Translations under genes and position numbers: made by a program
Assembly: GCA_028281425.1 (NCBI GenBank)
Contig: JANQJX010000244.1
Coordinates: forward strand, 1-36,886
Source: Simkania sp.
GTDB taxonomy: Bacteria; Chlamydiota; Chlamydiia; Chlamydiales; Simkaniaceae
Length of the DNA: 36,886 nt
Direction of reading: 5' to 3'
Notes under the pieces: generated by a model
The model's input: the letters and a program-made list of their open reading frames with translations, nothing else
The model's database searches: none
What the model was told of the DNA's origin: nothing
Shown here: piece by piece, positions 1-9,504 of the stretch
Numbering within the stretch: the first letter of the stretch is position 1
Layout of the letters: each line of letters begins with the position of its first letter

Positions 1-278
1 GGATCTTTGATCACCGTCACCGTGCCTCCAAAAGCCCCTCCATCGAGAATCACAGGGGTGATGATCGACCCTTGAACGCAAAGGGTTCCACTCTTAATGC
101 CTGTTGTTCCCGTGTAGGTATTTTTCCCCTTTAAGGTGAAAGAGGCCCTGTTTCCATCCCCCATCGTCAGCCCCTCTGCTGTGACATCTCCTCCTCCGAT
201 TCCTTTGTTACTTTCAATAGGATGTGGAACAAAAGAGCTTTGATTGAAGTTTTGGATGGTGATTTGTCCTCCTGACAT
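1..278 (-). CDS. Partial CDS (N-terminal ~92 aa; continues past window start): autotransporter/Pmp-like beta-strand-repeat outer-membrane protein fragment
   Basis: Absent from the ORF track because it runs off the edge. Reverse-strand translation from ATG at 278 (alternative ATG at 305; in-frame stop at 312-314) gives MSGGQITIQNFNQSSFVPHPIESNKGIGGGDVTAEGLTMGDGNRASFTLKGKNTYTGTTGIKSGTLCVQGSIITPVILDGGAFGG... The segment GKNTYTGTTGIKSGTL resembles the autotransporter-associated beta-strand repeat (NTYTGxTxIxxGTL). No signal peptide is visible. Confidence 0.45.
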   Translation of the reverse strand, partial: MSGGQITIQNFNQSSFVPHPIESNKGIGGGDVTAEGLTMGDGNRASFTLKGKNTYTGTTGIKSGTLCVQGSIITPVILDGGAFGGTVTVIKD

Positions 279-561
279 TATAAAAATATGGAGATTGGGC
301 AACATTTGGGATCATGAGTCGACAAGCCAATGCCCTACAAGATGATTCGATTTGGTCGATGTGGTTTGGTCCCCTTCAAGACCCTAATATTTCTTCTCGT
401 ATCCACTCCGTTTTAAGCTATCTCAATCAGAAGCAAGACAAAAATCTAGTCGAGTTTATTTTTAAACCCTAATCTGTACTTTTACCAAAAGACAAAAAAT
501 AACCCCCCTTGCTTTAGTCATGGGATTGTTGAAAATTAGATTTTAAGTAATTTCTAAAATA

Positions 562-635
562 CGCATCGGAGAGGATTCGAACCTCTAACCACCTGATCCG
601 AAGTCAGGTACTCTATCCAATTGAGCTACCGATGC
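562..635 (-). tRNA. tRNA-Arg (anticodon UCG)
   Basis: Reverse complement GCATCGGTAGCTCAATTGGATAGAGTACCTGACTTCGGATCAGGTGGTTAGAGGTTCGAATCCTCTCCGATGCG folds as a cloverleaf. It has a 7-bp acceptor stem, anticodon stem CCTGA/TCAGG with loop CTTCGGA, and T-arm AGAGG-TTCGAAT-CCTCT. CCA is not encoded. Confidence 0.9.
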
Positions 636-811
636 TTTTTAACTTTCTTATCTAAACCAAAAAAATGAGATTTTTATCGAAAAAACTTGTTTCTTTTTAT
701 TATGCTATATTGATAAGTGTAAGGGTTCTGCTATTTTCACCGCCCATAAAGACAGGACAAAGTAACAAAACTTCCTAATTTTATCTAGAAGTTAAAAACC
801 TTAATAATAAG

Positions 812-1432
812 ATGCTAAGAGAATATCAAAATGAAGGGATTATTTTAAAAACATATCCCTATAAAGAGCAAGGAAGAATTGCTCATCTTTTTACTCCTAA
901 TTTGGGAATCGTACATCTTTTCATCAAACGCATCTCTCCTAAAAATTCGCAACTCATGAATTTAATGGCACCTCTTTGCCTTGGAAAATATATCTATCGT
1001 CTTGGAAAATCAGACCTTTACTTATTTATCGATGGGTTTATCATCAATCTTCATCTTTTTTTACGTCAAGATTTTGTTTTATTAAACTACGGAAGCCAGA
1101 TGATTCAAGCCATCCACCTTTCTCAATTCCCAGGGAAACCTGCTCCTAAACTCTACCTCCTTTTATTGACATACCTTAAAAAACTTCCTTTAGCGCCTAA
1201 AATACTTTGGACAAGCTTTAGACTTAAGCTCCTGATGCATGAAGGCTTCATGGCTCTATCAAAAGGCTCCATTTACTTCGAAGGAAATCAGATACAAGTT
1301 TCTTCTGATGCCTGGAAACTTTTAGTCATCTTAACCAGAGCGCGTCTTTTTACTCCCCTTCTTCATTTGGATCTTCCTCAAGATCTCGAAGAAAAAATCG
1401 ACACTCTTTTTGCTCTTTTTTTAAAAAAATAA
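812..1432 (+). CDS. recO: DNA repair protein RecO (short form)
   Basis: The N-terminus MLREYQNEGIILKTYPYKEQGRIAHLFTPNLGIVHLFIK matches the RecO OB-fold pattern (xxxGIVLxxxxYxExxxIvxlFT). At 206 aa it is shorter than typical RecO, and no C-terminal zinc motif is seen. Confidence 0.6.
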   Translation: MLREYQNEGIILKTYPYKEQGRIAHLFTPNLGIVHLFIKRISPKNSQLMNLMAPLCLGKYIYRLGKSDLYLFIDGFIINLHLFLRQDFVLLNYGSQMIQAIHLSQFPGKPAPKLYLLLLTYLKKLPLAPKILWTSFRLKLLMHEGFMALSKGSIYFEGNQIQVSSDAWKLLVILTRARLFTPLLHLDLPQDLEEKIDTLFALFLKK

Positions 1433-1569
1433 CTAAAATATATGACCTCGGAGTATCCCCTATTTTTCTCTTTAGCGCTACATAGTCACCTAATTTCATC
1501 GGAAAGGAAATTGCTACATCTCACAAACATCCTTATCCAAACCCTCTCTGGATTCTTGTGAATTCTTCT

Positions 1570-1742
1570 TACTCACCCGTATTTTACGCGACCCCTGAAA
1601 AAAGGCATGCTTGAGTGTTTTTCGAAAAGCCAAGAAATTTTCGAATGGATAAGTTTGCAACCTCACCTAAAAGAATTTATTGGAGGTATCGGAAAACAGA
1701 GCATGTGGATTTTTCTAAAATGGGTATGTGAAATAGAAGCTA
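1570..1742 (+). mobile_element. MITE family A, full copy (173 bp)
   Basis: Left end TACTCACCCGTATTTTACGCG. Core CAAGAAATTTTCGAATGGATAAGTTTGCAACCTCACCTAAAAGAATTTATTGG...GCATGTGGATTTTTC. Right end GGGTATGTGAAATAGAAGCTA. Collinear with the other A copies listed; TA at both flanks. Confidence 0.75.
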
Positions 1743-2429
1743 GCCTATTATTGAGCTATTCAAAAAATTAGAAACCCACGATTCAATAGGATTAAAATTC
1801 CTCCTTCCTTATGCGCTCAATTAAATTTGATCAAGAGGAGATGATAGTTCATGAACAAGAAAGTAAGAAGTCATAGATGCTATAGAAAATTTATGGATCT
1901 CAAAAAATCTATCATCGATTTTTTTGATAACATTTCTTTTTTTTAAAAATGAATTAAAATGCCTACTTACTCAAAGTCTTCAACATTATCAAACAAAAAA
2001 TCTAAATTAGGATGAACATGTTAAAAATCAAAATAAATCTCTATCTAAAAATAAAAATTAAACTTGATTTTTATCTAAATTTTTCCTCAAAATGCTTTTA
2101 TCTTTTTATACCAGTCATGTTTGAAAAATCTTTTTAACAAATGGGATTGCTCAACAGTGAGATTTTTTGGGAAGGAATTTTCTCTTTTATCGCAAATATG
2201 TTTTAAGCTAAGTTGACGCCATCAAATGAAATTCGCTGATTTAAGCTCAAAATACATTTGTATAAAAGAGGAAGTGGCATTTTCATCGAAGCGGTTCCAT
2301 AATCTTTCAACAAAGGCTATGTAAACGGAGGTAAAAATGACCTCTTTTCCAAATGGAAAAAAGATTTTTCACTCTCGATTGATATGAGACATAGAATTCA
2401 TAAACTCTTAAAAAAGGAAAATAAATTTT

Positions 2430-3443
2430 ATGTTAAAATTTCTTTTAAAAAAGAGCTTTTTTTTCTTTCTTCTCTTTCCATTTTTTTTCTCAGATCTTTT
2501 TTCTTATGCTTATGAAAATCAAATCGAATGGCAAAAAGGGTCTCAAACAAGTCGAAGAAAAAATTTAAGTGACGCCATCAAAGAAGGAGATATAACCAGT
2601 GCTAAAGCCTTAATTCTCTATTTGGAAAATATCAACGCCCCTTTATTTGATCAAAATGAAATGACCCCTCTTATGGAGGCTGCTTATTATGCTCAAATTG
2701 AACTTGTGAAATTATTGCATCATTTAGGCGCAGATATAGAAGCTTGTGACCGAAATGGATATACCGCTCTTTCTCACGCCTCATGTTATGCAAAAAATGC
2801 AGATCCAAATAGTGCTAAAATCGTTGTTGATTTCCTTATTCAAGCAGGTGCTGATATCGAATCTTCAGGATATAACAATGAAACTCCCCTTATTCGCTGC
2901 TGTTACAAAGAAAGATATGCATCTATTGCTAAATTTTTAATCGACTCAGATGCAAACATCGAAGCAATCAATAACTGTGGGAAAACACCTCTTATGATCG
3001 GAGCAATGCATGAAAATATCACAATTGTCAAGCATCTCTTAGAAGCAGGGAGTCAAGTTGAAACAAAAGATATCGACGGAAGAACAGCTTTAACACTTGC
3101 TGCAATGTTTAATCAAAATACCCAAGTCTTAACTCTTCTTAAAGCCTTTAATGCCAATTTTAATACGCTTGATCTTTCTGGAAAAACCACTCTTATCAAT
3201 GCACTTCATCAAAATAAAAATATCTTTGTCATTAAGTTTTTAATCGAATCTGGGGCCAAAACTGAAACTCCTGTATCTGAAATTATAAAAGAAGTAGACC
3301 CCCTAGAAACGATGAACAAAAATTTGGATAACCAAAACAAAGATCTCAATGATCATCATTCTATTCCAAGTGAAGAAATGACATTTGAAGAAACAGTTCA
3401 AAACATAAAAAAAGACTCTATTTCAGAAGAAGAAAAAAGCTGA
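2430..3443 (+). CDS. Secreted ankyrin-repeat protein (about 7 ANK repeats) with low-complexity acidic C-terminus
   Basis: Hydrophobic N-terminal signal-like segment (FFFFLLFPFFFSDLFSYA). Repeated ANK consensus follows: MTPLMEAAYYAQIELVKLLHHLGADIEACDRNGYTAL, NETPLIRCC..IAKFLIDSDANIE, GKTPLMIGAMHENITIVKHLLEAGSQVETKDIDGRTALTLAA. Confidence 0.85.
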   Translation: MLKFLLKKSFFFFLLFPFFFSDLFSYAYENQIEWQKGSQTSRRKNLSDAIKEGDITSAKALILYLENINAPLFDQNEMTPLMEAAYYAQIELVKLLHHLGADIEACDRNGYTALSHASCYAKNADPNSAKIVVDFLIQAGADIESSGYNNETPLIRCCYKERYASIAKFLIDSDANIEAINNCGKTPLMIGAMHENITIVKHLLEAGSQVETKDIDGRTALTLAAMFNQNTQVLTLLKAFNANFNTLDLSGKTTLINALHQNKNIFVIKFLIESGAKTETPVSEIIKEVDPLETMNKNLDNQNKDLNDHHSIPSEEMTFEETVQNIKKDSISEEEKS

Positions 3444-3465
3444 AATAAAATTTAAAAAACAAACA

Positions 3466-4974
3466 ATGGTAAGCAAAAAGAGCGTGATATTCTGCTCTGA
3501 AAATGAGGTTATTATGCTAAAACTAAAAGATCCAACTCTTTTAAAAACTCAAAGTTATATCAATGGAAACTGGGTAAGTGGAACCCAAAGCTTTAAAGTT
3601 TACAATCCTTTTGATGGAACGCTTGTAGCCGAAGTGACAGAAGTTAGCAAAAAAGAGACCATAAAAGCCATTGAAATGGCGCAAAATGCTTTCATCTCTT
3701 GGAAAAACCTTACAGCCGAGGAAAGAGGGAGCTATCTTTTAAAATGGGAAAAACTCATTCATAAACATTGGGATGATATCGCCACAATTTTAACTCATGA
3801 AGTGGGAAAACCCTACGAACAATCGGTCCATGAGCTCATGGGGAATGTAGGTTTTTTGAATTGGTATGCTCAAGAAGGCAAGCGTCTCCATGGACATACT
3901 CTCCAATCTCCTGACCCAAATCGTCGCTTCATGACGATCAGACAACCTCTCGGAGTCTTAGGACTGATTACTCCTTGGAACTTTCCTTCTGTTCTTGTAG
4001 TGCAAAAATGTGCTCCTGCACTTGCCTCTGGATGTACCATGGTTTTAAAACCAGCAGAAGATACCCCTCTTTCTGCTCTTGCTCTTGCAGAACTTGCTCA
4101 TCGAGCCGGTTTTCCTCCAGGTGTCTTTAATGTTCTGCCTTGTCTTGACCCAACAGAAGTAGGAACAATTTTAACTTCCCATTCTCTTATTCGTAAAGTC
4201 AGCTTTACAGGATCGACCTATGTAGGAAAAAAGCTGATGAGCGCAGCAGGTAAAGGAATCAAAAATATTTGCATGGAACTTGGAGGCAATTGCCCTGCAA
4301 TCATTTTTGAAGATGCTCAATTAAACCGCGCTGTTGAAAGCACTTTTTGGTTTAAATTTTATAATGCAGGCCAATGTTGCAATAATATCAATCGCTTTCT
4401 AGTCCAGGAGAGTGTCTATGAGACTTTTGCACAAAAATTTCAAGCCATGATCGATAAACACCTTAAAATGGGCTCTGGTATGGACCCCTCTAACAACCTC
4501 GGTCCTCTTATCAATGAGCAAGGCATTGCTAAAGTAGAAGAACTTATTCAAGATGCCCTTCAAAAAGGAGCAACTCTTCGATGTGGTGGCTCTCGATCAA
4601 ATATGGGCCCCCTTTTTTATAACCCTACCATTTTAACCAATGGAAATCAAAATATGCGCCTATACCGAGAAGAAATTTTTGGGCCAGTTGCTGCAATGTA
4701 TCCTTTTAAAACAGAAGAAGAAGCCATTCAAATGGCAAATGATACTCAATATGGACTAGGAGCCTATTTCTTTACTGAAAATATAGGAAGAAGCTTTAGA
4801 GTTTCTGAAGCACTCGAAGCAGGCTCTGTTGGAATGAATACAACCGATGTCTGTTCAGAACTCCTTCCCTTTGGGGGATGGAAAGAATCGGGCATTGGAC
4901 GGGAAAATTCAGCCCTTGAAAGCCTCAATGATTACTGCGAAATCAAGTCGGTTATTTTTGGAGGCATTCACTGA
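3466..4974 (+). CDS. gabD: NAD(P)+-dependent succinate-semialdehyde dehydrogenase (aldehyde dehydrogenase family)
   Basis: Aligns from recall along its length with GabD. Matching segments: INGNWV, ITPWNFPsvlvvqKcAPALAsGCTMVLKPAedTPlSALALAELAhRAGfPpGVFNV, Glu motif MELGGNCP, and catalytic Cys region FYNAGQCCNNINRFLVQ. The likely true start is the internal ATG at 3514 (MLKLKDPTLL...). Confidence 0.85.
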   Translation: MVSKKSVIFCSENEVIMLKLKDPTLLKTQSYINGNWVSGTQSFKVYNPFDGTLVAEVTEVSKKETIKAIEMAQNAFISWKNLTAEERGSYLLKWEKLIHKHWDDIATILTHEVGKPYEQSVHELMGNVGFLNWYAQEGKRLHGHTLQSPDPNRRFMTIRQPLGVLGLITPWNFPSVLVVQKCAPALASGCTMVLKPAEDTPLSALALAELAHRAGFPPGVFNVLPCLDPTEVGTILTSHSLIRKVSFTGSTYVGKKLMSAAGKGIKNICMELGGNCPAIIFEDAQLNRAVESTFWFKFYNAGQCCNNINRFLVQESVYETFAQKFQAMIDKHLKMGSGMDPSNNLGPLINEQGIAKVEELIQDALQKGATLRCGGSRSNMGPLFYNPTILTNGNQNMRLYREEIFGPVAAMYPFKTEEEAIQMANDTQYGLGAYFFTENIGRSFRVSEALEAGSVGMNTTDVCSELLPFGGWKESGIGRENSALESLNDYCEIKSVIFGGIH

Positions 4975-5005
4975 GCTTTTAAAATCAGATCAAGAAAAGA
5001 GAAAA

Positions 5006-5091
5006 TGCGAAAGGGGGGACTTGAACCCCCAAGGGATTTTACTCCCACTACCACCTCAAGGTAGCGTGTCTGCCAGTTCCACCACTTCCGC
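5006..5091 (-). tRNA. tRNA-Leu (anticodon GAG), long variable arm
   Basis: Reverse complement is GCGGAAGTGGTGGAACTGGCAGACACGCTACCTTGAGGTGGTAGTGGGAGTAAAATCCCTTGGGGGTTCAAGTCCCCCCTTTCGCA. It has anticodon stem CTACC/GGTAG with loop TTGAGGT, a class II variable arm, and T-arm GGGGG-TTCAAGT-CCCCC. Confidence 0.9.
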
Positions 5092-5144
5092 AAAAGGGAA
5101 AAACATTGTATGATATCTATAAGTAAGTATCCAAGCAAGAGGTT

Positions 5145-5357
5145 TTGTACGTGAAAAAGGTTTTAATTTTTTTAGTAAGGCTTTATCAATTTCTCATCCG
5201 CCCCCTGTTGGGACAGTGCTGCCGCTTTTATCCCTCATGCTCTGATTATGCTCTTTGTGCAATCAAGAAATATGGGTCCTTTAAAGGAATTTATTTAACT
5301 CTAAAACGCCTTTGTAAATGTCATCCTTGGCATCCAGGAGGCATCGACTTTCCTTAA
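5145..5357 (+). CDS. yidD: Membrane protein insertion efficiency factor YidD
   Basis: Hallmark motif [12 protein letters not shown]...[12 protein letters not shown]. The track start is TTG at 5145. GTG at 5151 has better spacing to the AGAGG at 5137-5141. The TAA stop (5355-5357) is also the first 3 nt of a family-A MITE. Confidence 0.85.
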   Translation: MYVKKVLIFLVRLYQFLIRPLLGQCCRFYPSCSDYALCAIKKYGSFKGIYLTLKRLCKCHPWHPGGIDFP

Positions 5358-5700
5358 ACCCCTATCTCTCATTCCCCCTATGGAAAAAGAGTTGCACAAC
5401 TGTTTTCAGAAACGCCAAGAAATTCTCGAATGGATAAGTTTGCAACCTAACCTAAAGGGCCTGCCTTGAAATGGAAAGTCATTGTCTAAAGGATCTTTTC
5501 TCCTTAGGCCTTAAGATAAGTCGCATCTCCTTTTGCTCTCAAGAGTCTAATGCATTTGCACCTTTCACAATTTTCGAAAAAAATCTCAAGGGATCCGAAC
5601 AATTTTTCAGTTCAAGGCAGGCTCCTAAAAGAATTTATCGGATGTGTGAGCGAAACAGAGCATGTGGATTTTTCAGAAAGGGAAAGCGAAATGCGAGCTA
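5355..5700 (+). mobile_element. MITE family A copy interrupted by a nested family-B MITE
   Basis: A-left runs 5355-5456 (...GCCAAGAAATTCTCGAATGGATAAGTTTGCAACCTAACCTAAA). A-right runs 5625-5700 (CTAAAAGAATTTATCGGATGTGTGAGCGAAACAGAGCATGTGGATTTTTC...GCGAAATGCGAGCTA). Removing B and one CTAAA leaves 173 bp, matching uninterrupted copies. Confidence 0.8.
5457..5624 (+). mobile_element. MITE family B copy (168 bp) nested in family A
   Basis: Termini are GGGCCTGCCTTGAA...TTCAAGGCAGGCTC, flanked by the direct repeat CTAAA (5452-5456 and 5625-5629). Collinear with the B copies at 15908, 20643 and 23162. Confidence 0.8.
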
Positions 5701-5706
5701 AAATCC

Positions 5707-6870
5707 CTATCTCTCTCTTTCTTCTCCTTTAGGGATAAGAAGAACTTTTCCTGGACACAGCAGGGTAGATTCAAGAGCGTTGGCTTTCTTAAGTTCTTCA
5801 ATGGAAATATTAAATCGACGGGAAAGACTCCAAAGAGAATCTCCTTTTCGTATCACATATTCAATCGCCTTTTCTTGGGGACTTTTGGGACGAATAAAAG
5901 CCTCGTTTTCCCACAAAACAAGTCTTTGTCTTGCAAGATCACAAATCGCATTGGAACGCAAAGAAGTCTCAACAATGCGTTTTAAAAAAGCTATGACTGG
6001 TTCTGTTGGTTGATCTAAAAGCTTTAAAAAAATTTCCAGCTGCTTGTTGCTCAAACAATTGTAAGCATAAGCGGGATTGAGAGTCACAAGCAAATAAGCT
6101 GCAAGTTTTGAATGATGAAAACCACTCAAAAAAGCTCCTAAATCAAGAATCTCACCTGCGGGATTTTCTTCTATAGAAATACAGACAGAAACGATTTGCT
6201 TCCAATTGCCATCTAAAAGCAGCTTAAGAATGATCTCTTTTGGAAAAATAAAAGGAAGACGATTAAAAGCTTTTTCAATAAGATAAAATTCTTTAGAAAG
6301 AAAAAAAGTCTCTTTAAGAGATGAGGGCGTTTCTCCTTTGAATTCTTTAAGTTTCTCAAAAAGACCTTGAGGAGTGAAAGGCCATTTTTCGAAATGAGCA
6401 AAAAAGACAATCGCCCTAAATTTCTCATCATCAAGTCCAGGAAAAAGGGGGAGATCTAGATTCATTTCTTTGAGATGAAAAAACCGAGTTTCCAATTTTT
6501 GCCCTGAAAGCGCTCTTTCTATATCGAAAAAATACCTAGAAACAAGCGCAGAAAGAGCAAGATCTCGTTTGCAAAATCCCTGTTCAACCAGTTTCGAATT
6601 TTCTAGTTTTTTTAAAAGATCATTAAAAGGCAAATTGAGATATTTTTTCAAAATCTCTTGATTTGTCAAAGAAAAAGAAGAAAAAATAGATTTTTTTGGA
6701 ACAAAGATTTTCTGACGAAAGAGAAGTTCAATTTTTTTTTCTTTTTTAAGAAAAAAAGTGAGAAATGTCGCAATCAGTCCAATATTAAAAGTCACACTGA
6801 TCATGAGTGCTTGAACAAGGAGTTTAGAGCGTTTATAAAAAAGATTTTTAAGATAGGTTTCTTCTTGCAT
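5707..6870 (-). CDS. Membrane-anchored protein with C-terminal LysM peptidoglycan-binding domain
   Basis: N-terminal TM segment (LLVQALMISVTFNIGLIATFLTFFL). The C-terminus YVIRKGDSLWSLSRRFNISIEELKKANALESTLLCPGKVLLIP fits the LysM consensus. Confidence 0.7.
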   Translation of the reverse strand: MQEETYLKNLFYKRSKLLVQALMISVTFNIGLIATFLTFFLKKEKKIELLFRQKIFVPKKSIFSSFSLTNQEILKKYLNLPFNDLLKKLENSKLVEQGFCKRDLALSALVSRYFFDIERALSGQKLETRFFHLKEMNLDLPLFPGLDDEKFRAIVFFAHFEKWPFTPQGLFEKLKEFKGETPSSLKETFFLSKEFYLIEKAFNRLPFIFPKEIILKLLLDGNWKQIVSVCISIEENPAGEILDLGAFLSGFHHSKLAAYLLVTLNPAYAYNCLSNKQLEIFLKLLDQPTEPVIAFLKRIVETSLRSNAICDLARQRLVLWENEAFIRPKSPQEKAIEYVIRKGDSLWSLSRRFNISIEELKKANALESTLLCPGKVLLIPKGEERER

Positions 6871-6985
6871 GATCCTTTGAAAATAACAAAAAAATCACCA
6901 CCCGCCAATAGAAAAAAACAAAAGTTTTCTTTCTTCAATCGATAAAATCTGTTAAAATCGCTCAAAAATATGACCCCCTACATGT

Positions 6986-9391
6986 ATGCTTGTTCCTTTA
7001 TCTTGGCTCCGAGATTACCTTTCGACCGACTTATCTCCCCATCAGTTATCTGATGCAATGACACTTGCTGGCTTAGAGGTGGATCAAATCATCAAAAAAT
7101 CCTTCTCTTTTTCTGGCGTTGTTGTCGGAAAAATTATAGAGGTCAATCCCCATCCTTCTCATGAAAATCTAAAGGTTGCCCAAGTCTTTGATGGAAAAAC
7201 CACTTTGCAAGTCGTCTGCGAAGCTTCCTGTTGTCAAAAAGGGCTTATCACTGCTTTTGCAAAAATAGGTGCAAAGCTTACTGATGCTTCGGGAAAAGTT
7301 TTAGAAATTAAAAAAGCCACTCTATATCAAGTTGAGTCTTATGGAAAGTTTTGTTCAGAAAAAGAACTTCTCTTATCAGATGCTCATGAAAAAATTATGG
7401 AGCTCCCATGGGACTCCCCTCTTGGAACAGATCTCACCCAACTTTTTGAAGATGTGATTCTCGAAGTCTCACTCACCCCCAATTTAGGCCATTGTATGAG
7501 CATATGTGGGATAGCACGAGATCTTGCTGCGATTTTAGATATTCCCTACAAACGTTCTCCTGTTCAATTGATTGAAAATCAAGAAAAAAAAATAGATGAG
7601 ATGATTCAAATCGAAGTCAAAGAAAAAAAGGGGTGTTTACGCTATTTAGCCCGATTACTTCAAAACGTTCAAGTGGCTCCTTCTCCTTTTTGGCTTCAAA
7701 ACCGGCTTCAATCAGCAGGTATTAGGAGGATTAATAATATTGTTGATGCCACAAATTATGTCATGCTTGCATCAGGACTTCCCATCCATGCTTTTGATTA
7801 TGACAAAATAGCAGGACACCAAATAAGAGTCGATCAAACCCAAAAAGAAATTTCTTTTGTAACCTTAGATGAGAAAACAGTCAAAGTTCCTCCTTCTACC
7901 CTTATGATTTGGGATCGAGATAAACCCATTGCTATTGCAGGGATTATGGGAGGCTCTAATTCGCAAATCAGTGAAAATAGCTCCCGTATTTTATTAGAAG
8001 CAGCCCATTTTCATCCCTCTTTTATTCGAAAAGCAAGTCGTAGCATGCATCTTCGGAGCGACGCCTCAAACCGCTTTGAGAGAGAAATTGACCCTAAAGG
8101 CATTGCTCGTGCCCTTGATGAAGCAGCTTCTTTGATCCAAAAACTTGCAAAAGGGGAAATCCTAAAAGGAAAAATTGATGATCATGTTCACTCCTACACC
8201 CCTAAAAAAATCTTTTGTCGTATCGACTATGTCAATCAGATTTTAGGAACAGCCTTTAGTATTGGTGAAATTGAATCTTTTTTAAAACGATTAGAAATGC
8301 AGATCCTCTTCCAAAATGAGGAAAAATTAGAGGTTCTTATTCCTTCTTATCGGAATGATATTGAAGAGGAAATCGATTTAATTGAAGAGATCGCTCGTAT
8401 TTATGGATACAACAACATTAAATCCAGTGAAAAACATGCCATTCATTCGCCTCTTCCTCCGGCACCTCTTTTTCTGGTTGAACAAAAAGTACGCTCTCTT
8501 CTTTTACGCGAAGGACTCCAAGAATTTTTAACTTGCGATTTAATCAGTCCTGAACTTTCCCAGCTCTTCTTAGAAAAAGCCCTTCCAAAAGAAGAACACA
8601 TCCATGTTTTACACCCAACCTCCATTGATCAATCGGTTTTACGTTCTTCTTTACTTCCCGGATTGCTGGTGGCAATTAAAAGAAATTTTGATAAGCAATG
8701 TTTCAATATTTCTGCTTTTGAAATAGGACGTATTCACTTTAAGGACAAAAAACACTTTAAAGAACAATCAACAGCAGCTATTATTTTAACAGGAAATCGA
8801 ACTCCTCATTTCTGGAATCAGCAAAATGAAAAGGTCGATTTTTTTGATCTAAAAGGAATTGTAGAAAACCTCTTAGAAAACTATGGGATTAAAAAAACTT
8901 CTTTTATCCCTTCAAATTTGCAAAGCTTTCACCCTTATAAGCAAGCATTGATTCAAAGCAATGAGATGCAAATAGGAATCTTAGGAGAAATTCATCCTAA
9001 AACATTAAGCGTTCTCAATCTCTCTAAACCTCTTTTCTTTGCACAAATCAATTTACATCCCCTATTTGATCTTAAACCTGGATTTCCTCAGGTAAAACCT
9101 CTGTCTCAATTTCCGGGATCTGATCGTGACTGGACTTTTACTCTCAGTAAGACAACTCCCATCGATATCATTTTAAATGCTATTTCTCGTATCTCTTCAA
9201 AACTCTTAAAAGAGGTTGTTCTACTTGATATTTATGAAAGTGAAAAAATTGGTCACGATCAACGAAACATCACTTTACGTTTGACTTATCGAGATGACAA
9301 AAAAACCCTCACACAAAAGCAAGTAGAAAAAGAACACCATCATCTGATTCATCTTATCGCTAAGAAATTTCATTTATCTTCCCCTTTTTGA
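6986..9391 (+). CDS. pheT: Phenylalanine--tRNA ligase beta subunit
   Basis: Length is 801 aa. N-terminus MLVPLSWLRDYL is typical of PheT. A tRNA-binding OB region (VVGKIIEVNPHPSHENLKVAQV) is present, along with B3/4 and B5 regions and a C-terminal FDX-ACB-like end. Confidence 0.9.
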   Translation: MLVPLSWLRDYLSTDLSPHQLSDAMTLAGLEVDQIIKKSFSFSGVVVGKIIEVNPHPSHENLKVAQVFDGKTTLQVVCEASCCQKGLITAFAKIGAKLTDASGKVLEIKKATLYQVESYGKFCSEKELLLSDAHEKIMELPWDSPLGTDLTQLFEDVILEVSLTPNLGHCMSICGIARDLAAILDIPYKRSPVQLIENQEKKIDEMIQIEVKEKKGCLRYLARLLQNVQVAPSPFWLQNRLQSAGIRRINNIVDATNYVMLASGLPIHAFDYDKIAGHQIRVDQTQKEISFVTLDEKTVKVPPSTLMIWDRDKPIAIAGIMGGSNSQISENSSRILLEAAHFHPSFIRKASRSMHLRSDASNRFEREIDPKGIARALDEAASLIQKLAKGEILKGKIDDHVHSYTPKKIFCRIDYVNQILGTAFSIGEIESFLKRLEMQILFQNEEKLEVLIPSYRNDIEEEIDLIEEIARIYGYNNIKSSEKHAIHSPLPPAPLFLVEQKVRSLLLREGLQEFLTCDLISPELSQLFLEKALPKEEHIHVLHPTSIDQSVLRSSLLPGLLVAIKRNFDKQCFNISAFEIGRIHFKDKKHFKEQSTAAIILTGNRTPHFWNQQNEKVDFFDLKGIVENLLENYGIKKTSFIPSNLQSFHPYKQALIQSNEMQIGILGEIHPKTLSVLNLSKPLFFAQINLHPLFDLKPGFPQVKPLSQFPGSDRDWTFTLSKTTPIDIILNAISRISSKLLKEVVLLDIYESEKIGHDQRNITLRLTYRDDKKTLTQKQVEKEHHHLIHLIAKKFHLSSPF

Positions 9392-9504
9392 ACTTTTCTT
9401 TCATTTTTGTTAATGCAAAATGAGTTTTAGGTTTATCTTCATTTTCCAAGATGATAAGATAGAGAAGTTGGATTACTACAAACTTTAGGTCATGAGGTTA
9501 AAGT

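Noticed and set aside
314-472. A 52-aa ORF (MSRQANALQDDSIWSMWFGPLQDPNISSRIHSVLSYLNQKQDKNLVEFIFKP) divergent from the autotransporter fragment.
   Set aside because: It has no RBS and no recognisable motif. It may be a relic of neighbouring decayed sequence and cannot be supported as a gene.
5471-5985. Track ORFs 5471-5701, 5550-5732 and 5662-5985 (+).
   Set aside because: They lie inside the nested A::B MITE or antisense to the LysM gene. They have no RBS, and the same repeat sequence is read in different frames in other copies.
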